DNA of 32,000 nucleotides from Alkanindiges sp. WGS2144 (GTDB taxonomy: Bacteria > Pseudomonadota > Gammaproteobacteria > Pseudomonadales > Moraxellaceae). Where the stretch lies: assembly GCF_043950625.1 (NCBI RefSeq), contig NZ_CP171007.1. The stretch is one strand, 5' to 3'. Below, piece after piece: positions 1 to 9,361 of the stretch (its first letter is position 1; every line of letters begins with the position of its first letter). A program made the position numbers and the translations under genes. The notes under the pieces are model-generated. The model saw nothing but the letters and a program-made list of their open reading frames with translations, did no database searches and was not told the DNA's origin.

Positions 1-991
1 CCACTTCGCGGGTTAAACGGCCAGCCTTGAGCTTGGCCATAGAAGCCAGGTTGGTCACATTTTCCCCAGCAATGTGCTGCTCGCAAGCCTGATAAGTTAA
101 GGCTTTTAGGGCTTCCACTTCAGTCATGAGTTCAGCAAAACGAAAATGCACATATTGATTGTTAATCAGCGGCTGTCCAAAAGTGGTGCGTTCTTTGGTA
201 TAAGCGATGGTTTGTTCAATCACATTTTCCAGACCGCCTACCGCATTGGCGCAGGCCCACAGCCGCTCTTCCTGAAACTGCATCATTTGCATCATAAAAC
301 CCATGCCTTCCACACCCACCAGATTGCGCTGAGGCACCCGCACATTGTCAAAAAACACCTGTGCGGTGGTGGTAGAACGCATGCCCAGTTTATTTAAGGG
401 TTCAGAGAAACTAATGCCCGGGGTTTTGGCCGGCACAATAATCATGGATTTGTTGACGTGCGGCTTGTCATCCGAGGTATTGGCCAGCAGGCAAAAAAAG
501 TCAGCTTGCAATGAGTTGGTAATCCACATTTTGCTGCCATTGATGACGTAATCATCACCATCTTTTTTGGCCGTAGTTTTAATGGCCGCTACATCAGAGC
601 CGGCATGCACTTCGGATACTGCAATGGCCGCCACATATTCACCCGTGATGGCTTTATTTAAAAACTCATCACGCAGCTCAGGACTACCAAAACGAGCCAG
701 CGCCGGGGTAGCCATATCGGTTTGCACCCCAATGGCCAGCGGTACACCGCCACAGGCCGCACGCCCCAGCTCTTCTGCCACCACTAGATTGTAGGAATAA
801 TCCAGCCCTAAACCGCCATTGTCGGTCGGTTTACAAATCCCCAGCAGGCCGAGGTCACCCATTTTTTTAAACACCTCATGAATGGGGAAACGTCCGGCTT
901 CTTCCCAATCTGGAATGTAGGGGTTGAGTTCTTTTTCAACAAAGCTACGGGCGGTACGGCGTAGTGCTTCATGTTCCGGGGTAAATTTCAT
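1..991 (-). CDS. Acyl-CoA dehydrogenase in the AtuD position of an atu-type cluster. About 330 N-terminal codons are present; the 3' end runs off the window.
   Basis: It is absent from the ORF track because it has no stop in the window. My minus-strand translation from the ATG (complement of 989-991) reads MKFTPEHEALRRTARSFVEKELNPYIPDWEEAGRFPIHEVFKKMGDLGLLG...IAVSEVHAGSDVAAIKTTAKKDGDDYVINGSKMWITN...TFGQPLINNQ. This is a typical acyl-CoA dehydrogenase and stays open to position 1. The plus-strand track ORFs at 146-794 are its antisense shadows. Confidence 0.85.
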   Translation of the reverse strand, partial: MKFTPEHEALRRTARSFVEKELNPYIPDWEEAGRFPIHEVFKKMGDLGLLGICKPTDNGGLGLDYSYNLVVAEELGRAACGGVPLAIGVQTDMATPALARFGSPELRDEFLNKAITGEYVAAIAVSEVHAGSDVAAIKTTAKKDGDDYVINGSKMWITNSLQADFFCLLANTSDDKPHVNKSMIIVPAKTPGISFSEPLNKLGMRSTTTAQVFFDNVRVPQRNLVGVEGMGFMMQMMQFQEERLWACANAVGGLENVIEQTIAYTKERTTFGQPLINNQYVHFRFAELMTEVEALKALTYQACEQHIAGENVTNLASMAKLKAGRLTREV

Positions 992-1047
992 TCTAGTATC
1001 CTTTAAAAAACTCTTTAATTCATTTGGTAATGTGATCTGGTAAGGGA

Positions 1048-2661
1048 CTAAAGCCTTGCCACACCAAAGCTGCTTGGCGTGACTTCGCGATGTTCAGCTT
1101 CATGGATAGTTTGTAATAAAAACACCAGCAGACGACGGGTATCGCGTGGGTCAATCAGGCCATCATCATGTAGTCGGGCAGAGTTAAATAATGCGCCACT
1201 TTGCTGTTCCAGTTTGGTAGCGGTGCCTTGTTCCAGAAAATCCAGCACCTGCGGATCAGGCTGCATGCCTTTTTGCCGCTGCTTTTCTTCAGTCACAATG
1301 CGTAATACCTTGCCCGCCTGTGCGCCACCCATGACCGCAGTGCGTGAATTTGGCCAGGCAAAAATAAAGCGTGGGGATAAGCCGCGGCCACACATGGCAT
1401 AGTTACCGGCACCGTAAGAGCCACCCACCACAATGGAAATACGCGGCACGCGGGCATTAGCCACCGCCTGAATCAGTTTGGAACCATGCTTGATAATGCC
1501 GCTTTGTTCGGCATCGGTACCGACAATAAAACCAGTGGTATTATGCAGAAAAATGAGGGGACGCTGAGTTTGGTCACACAGTTGAATAAACTGCGCTGTT
1601 TTGACCGCACCTTGTGGGGTAATCGGGCCATTGTTGGTAATAATGCCAACTGTCTTGCCGCCAATCTTTGCCCAGCCACATACGGTCAGTGCATCAAATT
1701 CCTGTTTAAATTCCAGAAAGTCCGAATCATCCACCAAACGGGCAATCACTTCTTTCATGTCAAACGGCTGCTTGGTATCGGCAGGAATCAGGCCTAGCAC
1801 GTCATCAATCGGGTAGCGTGGTTCCAGATAATCCAGTGAGGCAGGCGTGGTTTGTTCCTTCCAGTTCAGCATAGACATGATATTGCGTGCCATACGAATG
1901 CCGTCGCTATCATTTTCTGCCAAATATTCAGCCGTACCTGCAATTTGCGCATGTAGCTCGGCACCGCCCAGTTCTTCACTGCTGGCTACTTCACCAGTGG
2001 CTGCCAGCAATAGCGGAGGCCCGGCCAGAAACATATGGGTTTGCTTGCGCACGGCAATCACATAATCGGACAACCCCGGCTGATACGCGCCGCCAGCGGT
2101 GGCATTGCCATGCACCACGGAAATTTGCGGAATTCCGGCCGCAGACAGCCGCGCCTGATTGGCAAAGGTTTTACCGCCCGGAATAAATACTTCGGTGGCA
2201 TAGTTCAGGTTGGCACCGCCACTTTCGGTCAGGGTAATCACTGGTAGTTTATTTTCCAGCGCAATTTCCTGTAGGCGCAGGGTTTTCTGCACGCCCATCG
2301 GTGACATGGTGCCGCCCTTGATGGCGCTATTTGCCGCGCTAATCAGGCAGCGCACACCTTCCACAAAACCAATGCCGGAAATCACACCACCACCCGCGTC
2401 CGAACCATCCTTATCATCAAACATGCCATGACCCACAAAGCCACACAGCTCCACAAAGGGTGAGCCAGCATCCAGCAATAATTTAACCCGCTCATGCGGT
2501 AAAATCTTGCCGCGCTTGTCAAATCTGGGCTTGGCTTCAAAGGATTTATCCAGCACTTTTTGTTGCACGGCACGCATGTCATCAATGGCTTTTTGCATGG
2601 CAGTGCGGTTGTTATTAAATTCTGGGCTGTTGCTGTCCAGCTCACTGGTTAAAATGCTCAT
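1048..2661 (-). CDS. Acyl-CoA carboxylase carboxyltransferase (beta) subunit, geranyl-CoA/methylcrotonyl-CoA carboxylase type (AtuC position).
   Basis: 537 aa with two carboxyltransferase halves (ISGIGFVEGVRC, TESGGANL, VVHGNATAGGAYQPGLSDY; GGSYGAGNYAMCGRG). ATG start. ATGA overlap (2658-2661) with the upstream SDR gene. Confidence 0.88.
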   Translation of the reverse strand: MSILTSELDSNSPEFNNNRTAMQKAIDDMRAVQQKVLDKSFEAKPRFDKRGKILPHERVKLLLDAGSPFVELCGFVGHGMFDDKDGSDAGGGVISGIGFVEGVRCLISAANSAIKGGTMSPMGVQKTLRLQEIALENKLPVITLTESGGANLNYATEVFIPGGKTFANQARLSAAGIPQISVVHGNATAGGAYQPGLSDYVIAVRKQTHMFLAGPPLLLAATGEVASSEELGGAELHAQIAGTAEYLAENDSDGIRMARNIMSMLNWKEQTTPASLDYLEPRYPIDDVLGLIPADTKQPFDMKEVIARLVDDSDFLEFKQEFDALTVCGWAKIGGKTVGIITNNGPITPQGAVKTAQFIQLCDQTQRPLIFLHNTTGFIVGTDAEQSGIIKHGSKLIQAVANARVPRISIVVGGSYGAGNYAMCGRGLSPRFIFAWPNSRTAVMGGAQAGKVLRIVTEEKQRQKGMQPDPQVLDFLEQGTATKLEQQSGALFNSARLHDDGLIDPRDTRRLLVFLLQTIHEAEHREVTPSSFGVARL

Positions 2662-3596
2662 GCGTGTTGCTCATCCTGATTCTGATCTTTTGACTGACTT
2701 TGAGGTGACTCATTGCTATTTTTCAGCACATCGGTTTTTAGTACGTCAGGAATAAACGCCCGGTGAAAACCATTATATGACTCACTGTTTTTGGCATCAG
2801 ACAGGGGATACATGCGTGTGCCCAACGATGCTGCACCATCAATGCGTAAGGTCACACCGGAGACAAATGCCGCTGCTTCAGACAGTAAATAGCAAATGGC
2901 CGAGGATACCTCAGATTCAGTGCCCATGCGTTTAAGTGGTACATTGCCAGCCAAACTTGGAATCACAAATTTGGCAAAATCACCCTGATAAGTATCCATA
3001 CCGGATGACATAATCCAGCCTGGCGATACCGCATTCACGCGCACACCAGACTTGGCCCATTCTACCGATGCGGTTTTGGTCAGGTTATCCACGCCGGAAC
3101 GTGCCGCACCCGAATGTCCCATACCGGGCATACCACCCCACATATCGGCAGTCATGTTGACGATTGAACCGCCGTGTTTTTTCATGTATTGGTTGTAGGC
3201 TTCGCGCATCATTAAAAAGGTGCCGTGCAGGTTGTTGCGAATCACTGCATCAAAGCCGTTATAGGAAATATCTTCCAGGTTTGAGGGAAACTGCCCGCCT
3301 GCGTTGTTGACCAAACCATCCAGCTTGCCAGATTGTTCAATGACTTTTGCTATGGTGTCCTTGACTTGCGCTTCATCACGAATATCACAAATCAGCCCAA
3401 CTGCTTTACCGCCATCTTCATTAATTTCAGCAACCACCTTGTCCAGTTTTTCTGCTTTACGGCCAGTAATCACCACTTGTGCGCCAAGGCTGGCCAGCTC
3501 ATGCGCGGTGGCACGGCCAATGCCTGAACCGCCACCTGTCACGATAATGACTTTATCCAAAAACGCATCGTGACGAAAAATTGAGTTGTACGACAT
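2658..3596 (-). CDS. Short-chain dehydrogenase/reductase, PECR/DECR-like enoyl-CoA reductase branch (AtuB position).
   Basis: 312 aa with Rossmann motif VTGGGSGIGRA and NNAGGQF. The usual YxxxK site reads HSGAARSGVDNLTK, and ...VRVNAVSPGWI follows. The Q/S/D-rich C-terminal tail overlaps the next gene. Confidence 0.85.
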   Translation of the reverse strand: MSYNSIFRHDAFLDKVIIVTGGGSGIGRATAHELASLGAQVVITGRKAEKLDKVVAEINEDGGKAVGLICDIRDEAQVKDTIAKVIEQSGKLDGLVNNAGGQFPSNLEDISYNGFDAVIRNNLHGTFLMMREAYNQYMKKHGGSIVNMTADMWGGMPGMGHSGAARSGVDNLTKTASVEWAKSGVRVNAVSPGWIMSSGMDTYQGDFAKFVIPSLAGNVPLKRMGTESEVSSAICYLLSEAAAFVSGVTLRIDGAASLGTRMYPLSDAKNSESYNGFHRAFIPDVLKTDVLKNSNESPQSQSKDQNQDEQHA

Positions 3597-3616
3597 ATTT
3601 TTTCCGGTACCAATGT

Positions 3617-5449
3617 TTAAAGTGAATTGAGCAGGGAAGCAGGGACTTTTACCTTGATGTCCAGTAATTGCTGGGCAAAGGCTTTGCCTTGCGGGTCAAT
3701 ACGTAAGCTGGCAATCCCACCGCCACCAAGCGCATTGGTCAGTACAAAATTTAAGGCATGAAAACCCGGCAGTTCATAACGGCTAATATGAGAGTCGTCG
3801 TCCAGCACGTGCTGCATATACTGCGCCACAGCCTGTTCGGTAAGCGCTGCCCGAATCCACGGCAAAAATTCGGGCTTGCGGGCAATCACGCCAATATTGC
3901 TTGAATTGCCTTTATCCCCGCTACGAGCATGGGCAATGTCGATGAGCTGTATTTCTATCAGAGAAGTGTCCTTACCCTGATAAGTTGCCACTTCGCCCAC
4001 TGGGATCAGTTTTGGCTGCTGAAAATTTGTATTGGTAGGAATATCAACAGCATGACGTTGCCCGGCAATATCCACCTCAACCTGTAACTGGTCTTTATCA
4101 ATTAAAAATGAAAACAGCTTGACCACGGGTGAGGCTTTGGGGCGACCCCCAACAATGCCCGCCAGCGCAGGTGCCATGCCGGTAGACGCCTGGGCAATTT
4201 CTGAGGCAAAAAACAAACATGCTTCTTTAAACATGTGTTTCACTGCAATCTTAATCACCACTTCACGGCTTGGCAGGGTTTGTGCATTGGCACCGTAGGT
4301 ACTTTCAATGCCCAGAATTTCAACCGATTTTTCGTTAAAAGGTGGTGCACCACGCATGGCCAGCACGCGCTCGCACTTGCTTAAGATGGCATCTGCAATG
4401 GCCTGGCCTTTTTGTGGCGCTTCACGGCCAGCAATTAAAAAGCTCACCAGCACACGGTAACCATCCGGATAGGTGGCGCTGACTTTATACGTATTGGTGG
4501 GTGCCGTGCCTTTTGCCCCCGTGACCTTCACGCGATTGTCGCCGACTTGTTGCAATTGAACCTGACTAAAATCAGCCGTAACGTCCGGCAGTAAATAAGC
4601 TTGGGGGTTGCCAATTTCATACACAATTTGCTCAGCAATGGTGGCGGTAGATACCAGCCCGCCAGTGCCCTGTGGTTTGGTGACAATAAAACTGCCGTCG
4701 CTACTGACTTCTACAATGGGAAAGCCCATATTGGCGTAGCCGTCTTTGACCAAGTGCCAGTCCGTAAAGTTGCCACCCGTGCATTGCGCCCCACACTCAA
4801 TCACATGGCCGGCCAGTGAGCCTTGTGCCAGTTTGTCATAATCATCCATTGCCCACTGGTATTCGTGCATTAGCGGTGCCAGCGCCACCGCTGAATCCAC
4901 CACACGACCTGTAATCACAATATCAGCGCCCAAATCCAGCGCATCACGAATAGCCACCGCGCCTAAATAGGCATTACTGCTGGCGACTTGAGATGGCATC
5001 GGTTCACCGCTAAACATCTCGCACACACCTTGCTGCTGCAATTGTTGCTGTTTGGGCATGAGATCATCACCCAGCACTACAGCAATTTTTAAATTCAGGC
5101 CTTTTTCATCCAGCACCTTTTGCAAGGCATCGCGGCAGGCTAAGGGGTTCACACCGCCGGCATTGCTGATAATTTTTATTTTTTTGGCAGCAATCTTGTC
5201 AATTAAAGGCGCCATAACACGACTGACAAAATCCAGTGCATAGCCGTGTTCAGGGTTGGTCATCATGGCTTTGGCCATAATTGACATGGTAATTTCGGAT
5301 AAATAGTCAAATACCAGATAGTCCAGCTCGGTCATATGCACCAGCTGAAACGCGGCCGTATTGGTATCGCCCCAAAAGCCCGAGGCACAGCCAATGCGTA
5401 CAATTTTGTTGTGCTGAGTATCGTTGTGATTTAACGGGTTGCTCATCAT
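3617..5449 (-). CDS. atuA: Acyclic terpene utilisation AtuA-family protein (DUF1446).
   Basis: The N-terminus MMSNPLNHNDTQHNKIVRIGCASGFWGDT matches the AtuA-family hallmark, and at about 610 aa it is first in the operon opposite a TetR gene. The track start at 5491 is a TTG; I chose the tandem ATGs at 5449/5446. Confidence 0.8.
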   Translation of the reverse strand: MMSNPLNHNDTQHNKIVRIGCASGFWGDTNTAAFQLVHMTELDYLVFDYLSEITMSIMAKAMMTNPEHGYALDFVSRVMAPLIDKIAAKKIKIISNAGGVNPLACRDALQKVLDEKGLNLKIAVVLGDDLMPKQQQLQQQGVCEMFSGEPMPSQVASSNAYLGAVAIRDALDLGADIVITGRVVDSAVALAPLMHEYQWAMDDYDKLAQGSLAGHVIECGAQCTGGNFTDWHLVKDGYANMGFPIVEVSSDGSFIVTKPQGTGGLVSTATIAEQIVYEIGNPQAYLLPDVTADFSQVQLQQVGDNRVKVTGAKGTAPTNTYKVSATYPDGYRVLVSFLIAGREAPQKGQAIADAILSKCERVLAMRGAPPFNEKSVEILGIESTYGANAQTLPSREVVIKIAVKHMFKEACLFFASEIAQASTGMAPALAGIVGGRPKASPVVKLFSFLIDKDQLQVEVDIAGQRHAVDIPTNTNFQQPKLIPVGEVATYQGKDTSLIEIQLIDIAHARSGDKGNSSNIGVIARKPEFLPWIRAALTEQAVAQYMQHVLDDDSHISRYELPGFHALNFVLTNALGGGGIASLRIDPQGKAFAQQLLDIKVKVPASLLNSL

Positions 5450-5510
5450 CCTGACTCGATGTACTATTTGTGGCATAACCATACCAAGCAAGCGCTAGGT
5501 TTGTGATTGT

Positions 5511-5527
5511 CAAAATGTATCATTTTG
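5511..5527. promoter_or_regulatory. 17-bp perfect palindrome CAAAATG-TAT-CATTTTG, a candidate TetR/AtuR-type operator.
   Basis: Read directly from the sequence. It lies in the divergent atuA/TetR intergenic region. Its left arm overlaps a perfect TTGACA hexamer on the minus strand (complement of 5508-5513). Confidence 0.35.
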
Positions 5528-5571
5528 GTAGTAAAAAAAAGTCAATGCAGGGCATGGAGAAAAGCGTTGAA

Positions 5572-5621
5572 GCAACTTGCAGTTCTAGCACAAAGTCCAA
5601 ATGACCAGTTGCAACTTGCAG
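5572..5621. repeat. Two identical 11-bp copies of GCAACTTGCAG (5572-5582 and 5611-5621), each containing the 4-1-4 palindrome GCAA-C-TTGC.
   Basis: Read directly from the sequence. They sit immediately upstream of the ATG at 5633 of the TetR gene. Confidence 0.5.
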
Positions 5622-5632
5622 CATTACCGCAA

Positions 5633-6199
5633 ATGGGTGGGCTGGATGATAGTCCGCGTGGACGGGTACTACGCGCTGCTGCCTATTTGTTTCACCAGCA
5701 GGGGTATGCACGAACGACCGTCCGGGAACTGGCCAACGTGGTAGGTATACAGTCTGGCAGTTTATTTCATCATTTTAAAAGCAAGGATGATATTTTACTG
5801 GCAGTGATGGAAGAAGCCATCCGTTACAACACAGCGCGTCTAGAGCAGGCTATACAGCAAACCACGGAAACGCTGGGCCAAATCCGGGCTTTAATCCGGG
5901 CGGAACTGGAATCCATTAATGGCGATACCGGAACGGCAATGGCGGTATTGGTATTTGAATGGGAAGCCTTGTCACCAGACCGGCAGGCTTATTTACTCAA
6001 TATGCGTGAATATTACGAACAAATCTGGCTGACTACACTGAAAAAGGCACAGCAGGAAGGATTAATAAAACATCCACCGTTTATCTGGCGGCGCTTAATG
6101 GGTGGCGCGATTTCATGGACTGTGACCTGGTATAAGCCAGAAGGCAAGACATCAATGGATGAGTTGACAGATATGATTTTACAAATGGGACAGGGTTAA
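5633..6199 (+). CDS. TetR/AcrR-family transcriptional regulator (AtuR position).
   Basis: N-terminal HTH RVLRAAAYLFHQQGYARTTVRELANVVGIQSGSLFHHFKSKDDIL, divergent from atuA. The track start at 5507 is a TTG giving an implausible Cys/Trp/Lys-rich extension. 5633 is the first in-frame ATG, though it has no clear SD. Confidence 0.8.
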   Translation: MGGLDDSPRGRVLRAAAYLFHQQGYARTTVRELANVVGIQSGSLFHHFKSKDDILLAVMEEAIRYNTARLEQAIQQTTETLGQIRALIRAELESINGDTGTAMAVLVFEWEALSPDRQAYLLNMREYYEQIWLTTLKKAQQEGLIKHPPFIWRRLMGGAISWTVTWYKPEGKTSMDELTDMILQMGQG

Positions 6200-6275
6200 A
6201 GCGATCAATAAGCCGGCAGTACCAAGCTATCGGTTTCATGCGCTTGTCTTTTAAGTATGTGTTTTTTGCGGCGGA

Positions 6276-6917
6276 TTAGTGATCAAAAAAGCGTACTGGT
6301 TCCTGTAATAACTGCCCATCCAGATAAGCTTTTTTACCCAGTAACGCAACGCGGCCTGCCGCAATCCAGCCCATGATTTTTGGATACAGCTGATGTTCAA
6401 GCACATGTACCCTGGCTTTAAGGCTCTCTACAGTATCATGCGAGTTTACCTGCAACACAGATTGGGCAATTGCCGCGCCAGAGTCCAGCTCAGGTGTGAC
6501 AAAATGCACCGTACAGCCGTGGAATTTATCGCCGGTATTGAGTACGCGCTGATGGGTATGCAAGCCTTTATAAGCTGGTAGCAATGAGGGATGGATGTTG
6601 ATGAGCTGCCCGCTAAAGCGATTGACAAAGTTGGCACTCAGCACCCGCATAAAACCTGCCAGCACAATCATATCTACCTGCCAGCTTTGCAGCGCCTGAA
6701 TGACCTCGGCTTCAAACGCCTCGCGGTCAGCAAACTGGCGATGATCAATCACCAGTTGACGAATACCCGCATTTTTGGCACGTTGCAGTGCATAAGCATC
6801 CGGTACATTAGAAATAACGCCCATTAACTCTGCCTGAATGCGGCCTTTTTGTACCGCATCAATCATTGCCTGAAGATTACTACCGTTACCTGATGCCAGA
6901 ACTGCAAATTTAATCAC
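6276..6917 (-). CDS. purN: Phosphoribosylglycinamide formyltransferase.
   Basis: 213 aa: [21 protein letters not shown]..., [16 protein letters not shown] start forms a GTGA overlap with the purM stop. Confidence 0.95.
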   Translation of the reverse strand: MIKFAVLASGNGSNLQAMIDAVQKGRIQAELMGVISNVPDAYALQRAKNAGIRQLVIDHRQFADREAFEAEVIQALQSWQVDMIVLAGFMRVLSANFVNRFSGQLINIHPSLLPAYKGLHTHQRVLNTGDKFHGCTVHFVTPELDSGAAIAQSVLQVNSHDTVESLKARVHVLEHQLYPKIMGWIAAGRVALLGKKAYLDGQLLQEPVRFFDH

Positions 6918-7984
6918 TCGAAAATCACCCGTACCGAATCATCTGCATCTGTAGTGGAGTTTTCATCGGCCTCAATTTGTCCAATCACCCAGGCAGTTTC
7001 ACCAGTCGCCTGTAGCTGGCTGAGTACTTTCTCACTGTCTGTACTGCTTACAGCAATAACCATGCCTACACCACAGTTAAAGGCACGATACATCTCGTAG
7101 GTATCTACATTACCTTGTTGCTGCAAAAATTTAAACAAGGCAGGCCATTGCCAGCTTGAGGTATCAATACGGGCACGTGTGCCATTTGGCAATACACGCG
7201 GCAGGTTACCTGGCAGGCCACCACCAGTAATGTGTGCCATGGCATGAATGTCAACCTGTCTGGCCAGTTCTAGCATGGACTTGACATAAATTCTGGTTGG
7301 TGTCATCACCAGGTCACTCAGTTTCTGACCTTCAATGTCGGTATCCAGGGCAATATTTCTAACGTCAATAATTTTACGTACCAGTGAATAACCATTGGAA
7401 TGCGCACCGCTGGATGCCACCCCAATCAACACATCACCTGCCTGTACCTTACTGCCGTCAATAATTTTGGACTGCTCAACCACGCCGACACAAAAGCCTG
7501 CCAGGTCGTAATCTTCACCTTCATACATGCCAGGCATTTCAGCCGTTTCACCGCCAACCAGGGCACAGCCAGCCTGTACACAGCCCTCGCCAATGCCTGT
7601 TACCACATTAGCGGCGACATCAACATTTAAATGACCAGTTGCATAGTAATCAAGGAAAAATAACGGTTCGGCACCACACACCAGTAAGTCATTCACGCAC
7701 ATAGCGACCAGATCAATGCCAATGGTATCGTGCTTGTTTAGGGCCAGAGCCAGTTTTAACTTAGTACCTACGCCATCTGTGCCGGAAACCAGTACAGGCT
7801 CTTCATAGCCTTTGGGAATTTTGCATAGTGCGCCAAAACCTCCTAGGCCCCCCATCACTTCTGGACGCATGGTTCGTTTGGCAACGGATTTAATCCGGTC
7901 AACCAGATGATCTCCAGCTTCGATATCGACGCCAGCATCCTTGTAACTTAAACTGGTGGATTGGGATGAAGATGAGGTGGTCAT
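6914..7984 (-). CDS. purM: Phosphoribosylformylglycinamidine cyclo-ligase (AIR synthetase).
   Basis: 356 aa: [35 protein letters not shown]. purM-purN operon order. Confidence 0.97.
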   Translation of the reverse strand: MTTSSSSQSTSLSYKDAGVDIEAGDHLVDRIKSVAKRTMRPEVMGGLGGFGALCKIPKGYEEPVLVSGTDGVGTKLKLALALNKHDTIGIDLVAMCVNDLLVCGAEPLFFLDYYATGHLNVDVAANVVTGIGEGCVQAGCALVGGETAEMPGMYEGEDYDLAGFCVGVVEQSKIIDGSKVQAGDVLIGVASSGAHSNGYSLVRKIIDVRNIALDTDIEGQKLSDLVMTPTRIYVKSMLELARQVDIHAMAHITGGGLPGNLPRVLPNGTRARIDTSSWQWPALFKFLQQQGNVDTYEMYRAFNCGVGMVIAVSSTDSEKVLSQLQATGETAWVIGQIEADENSTTDADDSVRVIFE

Positions 7985-8076
7985 AATTTTGGTCTCCGCG
8001 TAGGTGGCGGATTATACCGCGAATAAATCAAAGGACTATGGTATTTCGGCGATAAAATGCTTATGTTTGGCAAAAC

Positions 8077-8106
8077 TTGTGCAAAATATCAAAAAACCGC
8101 CATAAT
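8077..8106 (+). promoter_or_regulatory. Candidate sigma70 promoter for the permease-hda operon.
   Basis: TTGTGC (8077-8082), 18-nt spacer, CATAAT (8101-8106), 28 nt upstream of the ATG at 8135. This is a hexamer match only. Confidence 0.25.
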
Positions 8107-8134
8107 CAACCAAAGCCATAAGGGTATTTAAACC

Positions 8135-9361
8135 ATGCAGGACCCGGTATTAAGACGTATTTTTATTCTGGCTGCGCTGGCACTCATTGGCTGGATACTT
8201 TATTTGCTCCTGCCGGTGATCTCGCCATTTATTGCCGCATTCTTGCTGGCTTATCTGATTAATCCTTTAGTAACCCGTATGGCAAAGTACAATATGCCGC
8301 GCTGGCTGACCATCAGCGTGGTTTTTATTGGTATTATTGTTGGCGTAGGGGTAGGGGTGTGGTATCTACTGCCCATGCTCTGGGACCAGGTGCGCTACGC
8401 GATTAATAGTGCGCCAGGCGCTATCAGCTGGGTTAACCAGACAGCATTACCCTGGGTTGAGCAAACTTTCAGCGTTTCTCTGGATCGGTTAGATGCCGAT
8501 GAGCTTTCTACCGCCTTAATGGATTATATCCAGACCAATTACAGCACCGATAGTGCGCAGCTCATGGTTTATCGCATTGCCCAGTCGGGTCTAAGCATTA
8601 TTCATACCGGTGGTGTGCTGGTTCTGATTCCGGTGATTGCGTTTTATTTTTTGCTGGACTGGAACAACATGATTCGCCGTTTGCAGCTATTAATTCCGCG
8701 CCAGATTGAGCCGACTGTGGTGGAAATTGCTCGTGAATGTCATGCTGTTCTGGGTGCTTTTGTCAAAGGGCAGTTGCTGGTAATGCTTTTGCTGGGAATG
8801 GTGTATGCCATTGGCTTGCAGCTTGTTGGCATTGAAGTTGGCCTCATTATTGGTCTGATTGCTGGACTGTGCAGTATTATTCCTTATCTGGGTTTTGCAG
8901 CAGGTATTATTGCCGCGTTGGCTGCCTCCTTGCTGCAATATGGACTGGACTGGTTGCACCTGTTCCTGGTGTTTGTCGTATTCATGATTGGTCAGATCGT
9001 TGAAAGTTACATCTTACAGCCATTTTTGTTAGGTGATAAAATTGGCCTGTCTCCTGTTGCCGTGGTATTTGCCGTACTTGCTGGTGCACAGCTATACGGT
9101 TTTATTGGTATGTTAGTGGCTTTGCCAGTAGCAGCCATTTTGGTGGTGCTGTTGCGTCACGCCTACCAAAGTTATGAAAACAGCGTATTTTATATGGGTT
9201 ATCGCTTGCCAGCCAGCGCCCAGGTTCCGCCGGTTGCCAATGAACTGACAGAAGAAAAAGTTGAAAGTAGTGAGGTTGAAACTCACCTGACGTTGCAGGA
9301 TGATGCACCCGAATTGGGTCTTCATCCCCCTCCATCACACCCAGGGAAAAATGATCCATAA
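8135..9361 (+). CDS. AI-2E family (PerM/YdiK-like) inner-membrane transporter.
   Basis: 408 aa, polytopic and hydrophobic throughout, with a typical AI-2E C-terminal core (...GDKIGLSPVAVVFAVLAGAQLYGFIGMLVALPVAA...) and an acidic/Pro-rich tail. Its neighbours are hda and purMN, as for E. coli perM. Confidence 0.8.
   Translation: MQDPVLRRIFILAALALIGWILYLLLPVISPFIAAFLLAYLINPLVTRMAKYNMPRWLTISVVFIGIIVGVGVGVWYLLPMLWDQVRYAINSAPGAISWVNQTALPWVEQTFSVSLDRLDADELSTALMDYIQTNYSTDSAQLMVYRIAQSGLSIIHTGGVLVLIPVIAFYFLLDWNNMIRRLQLLIPRQIEPTVVEIARECHAVLGAFVKGQLLVMLLLGMVYAIGLQLVGIEVGLIIGLIAGLCSIIPYLGFAAGIIAALAASLLQYGLDWLHLFLVFVVFMIGQIVESYILQPFLLGDKIGLSPVAVVFAVLAGAQLYGFIGMLVALPVAAILVVLLRHAYQSYENSVFYMGYRLPASAQVPPVANELTEEKVESSEVETHLTLQDDAPELGLHPPPSHPGKNDP

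Noticed and set aside
146-794. Three plus-strand ORFs (68-83 aa) at the window start.
   Set aside because: They lie antisense to a continuous, clearly homologous acyl-CoA dehydrogenase reading frame on the minus strand.
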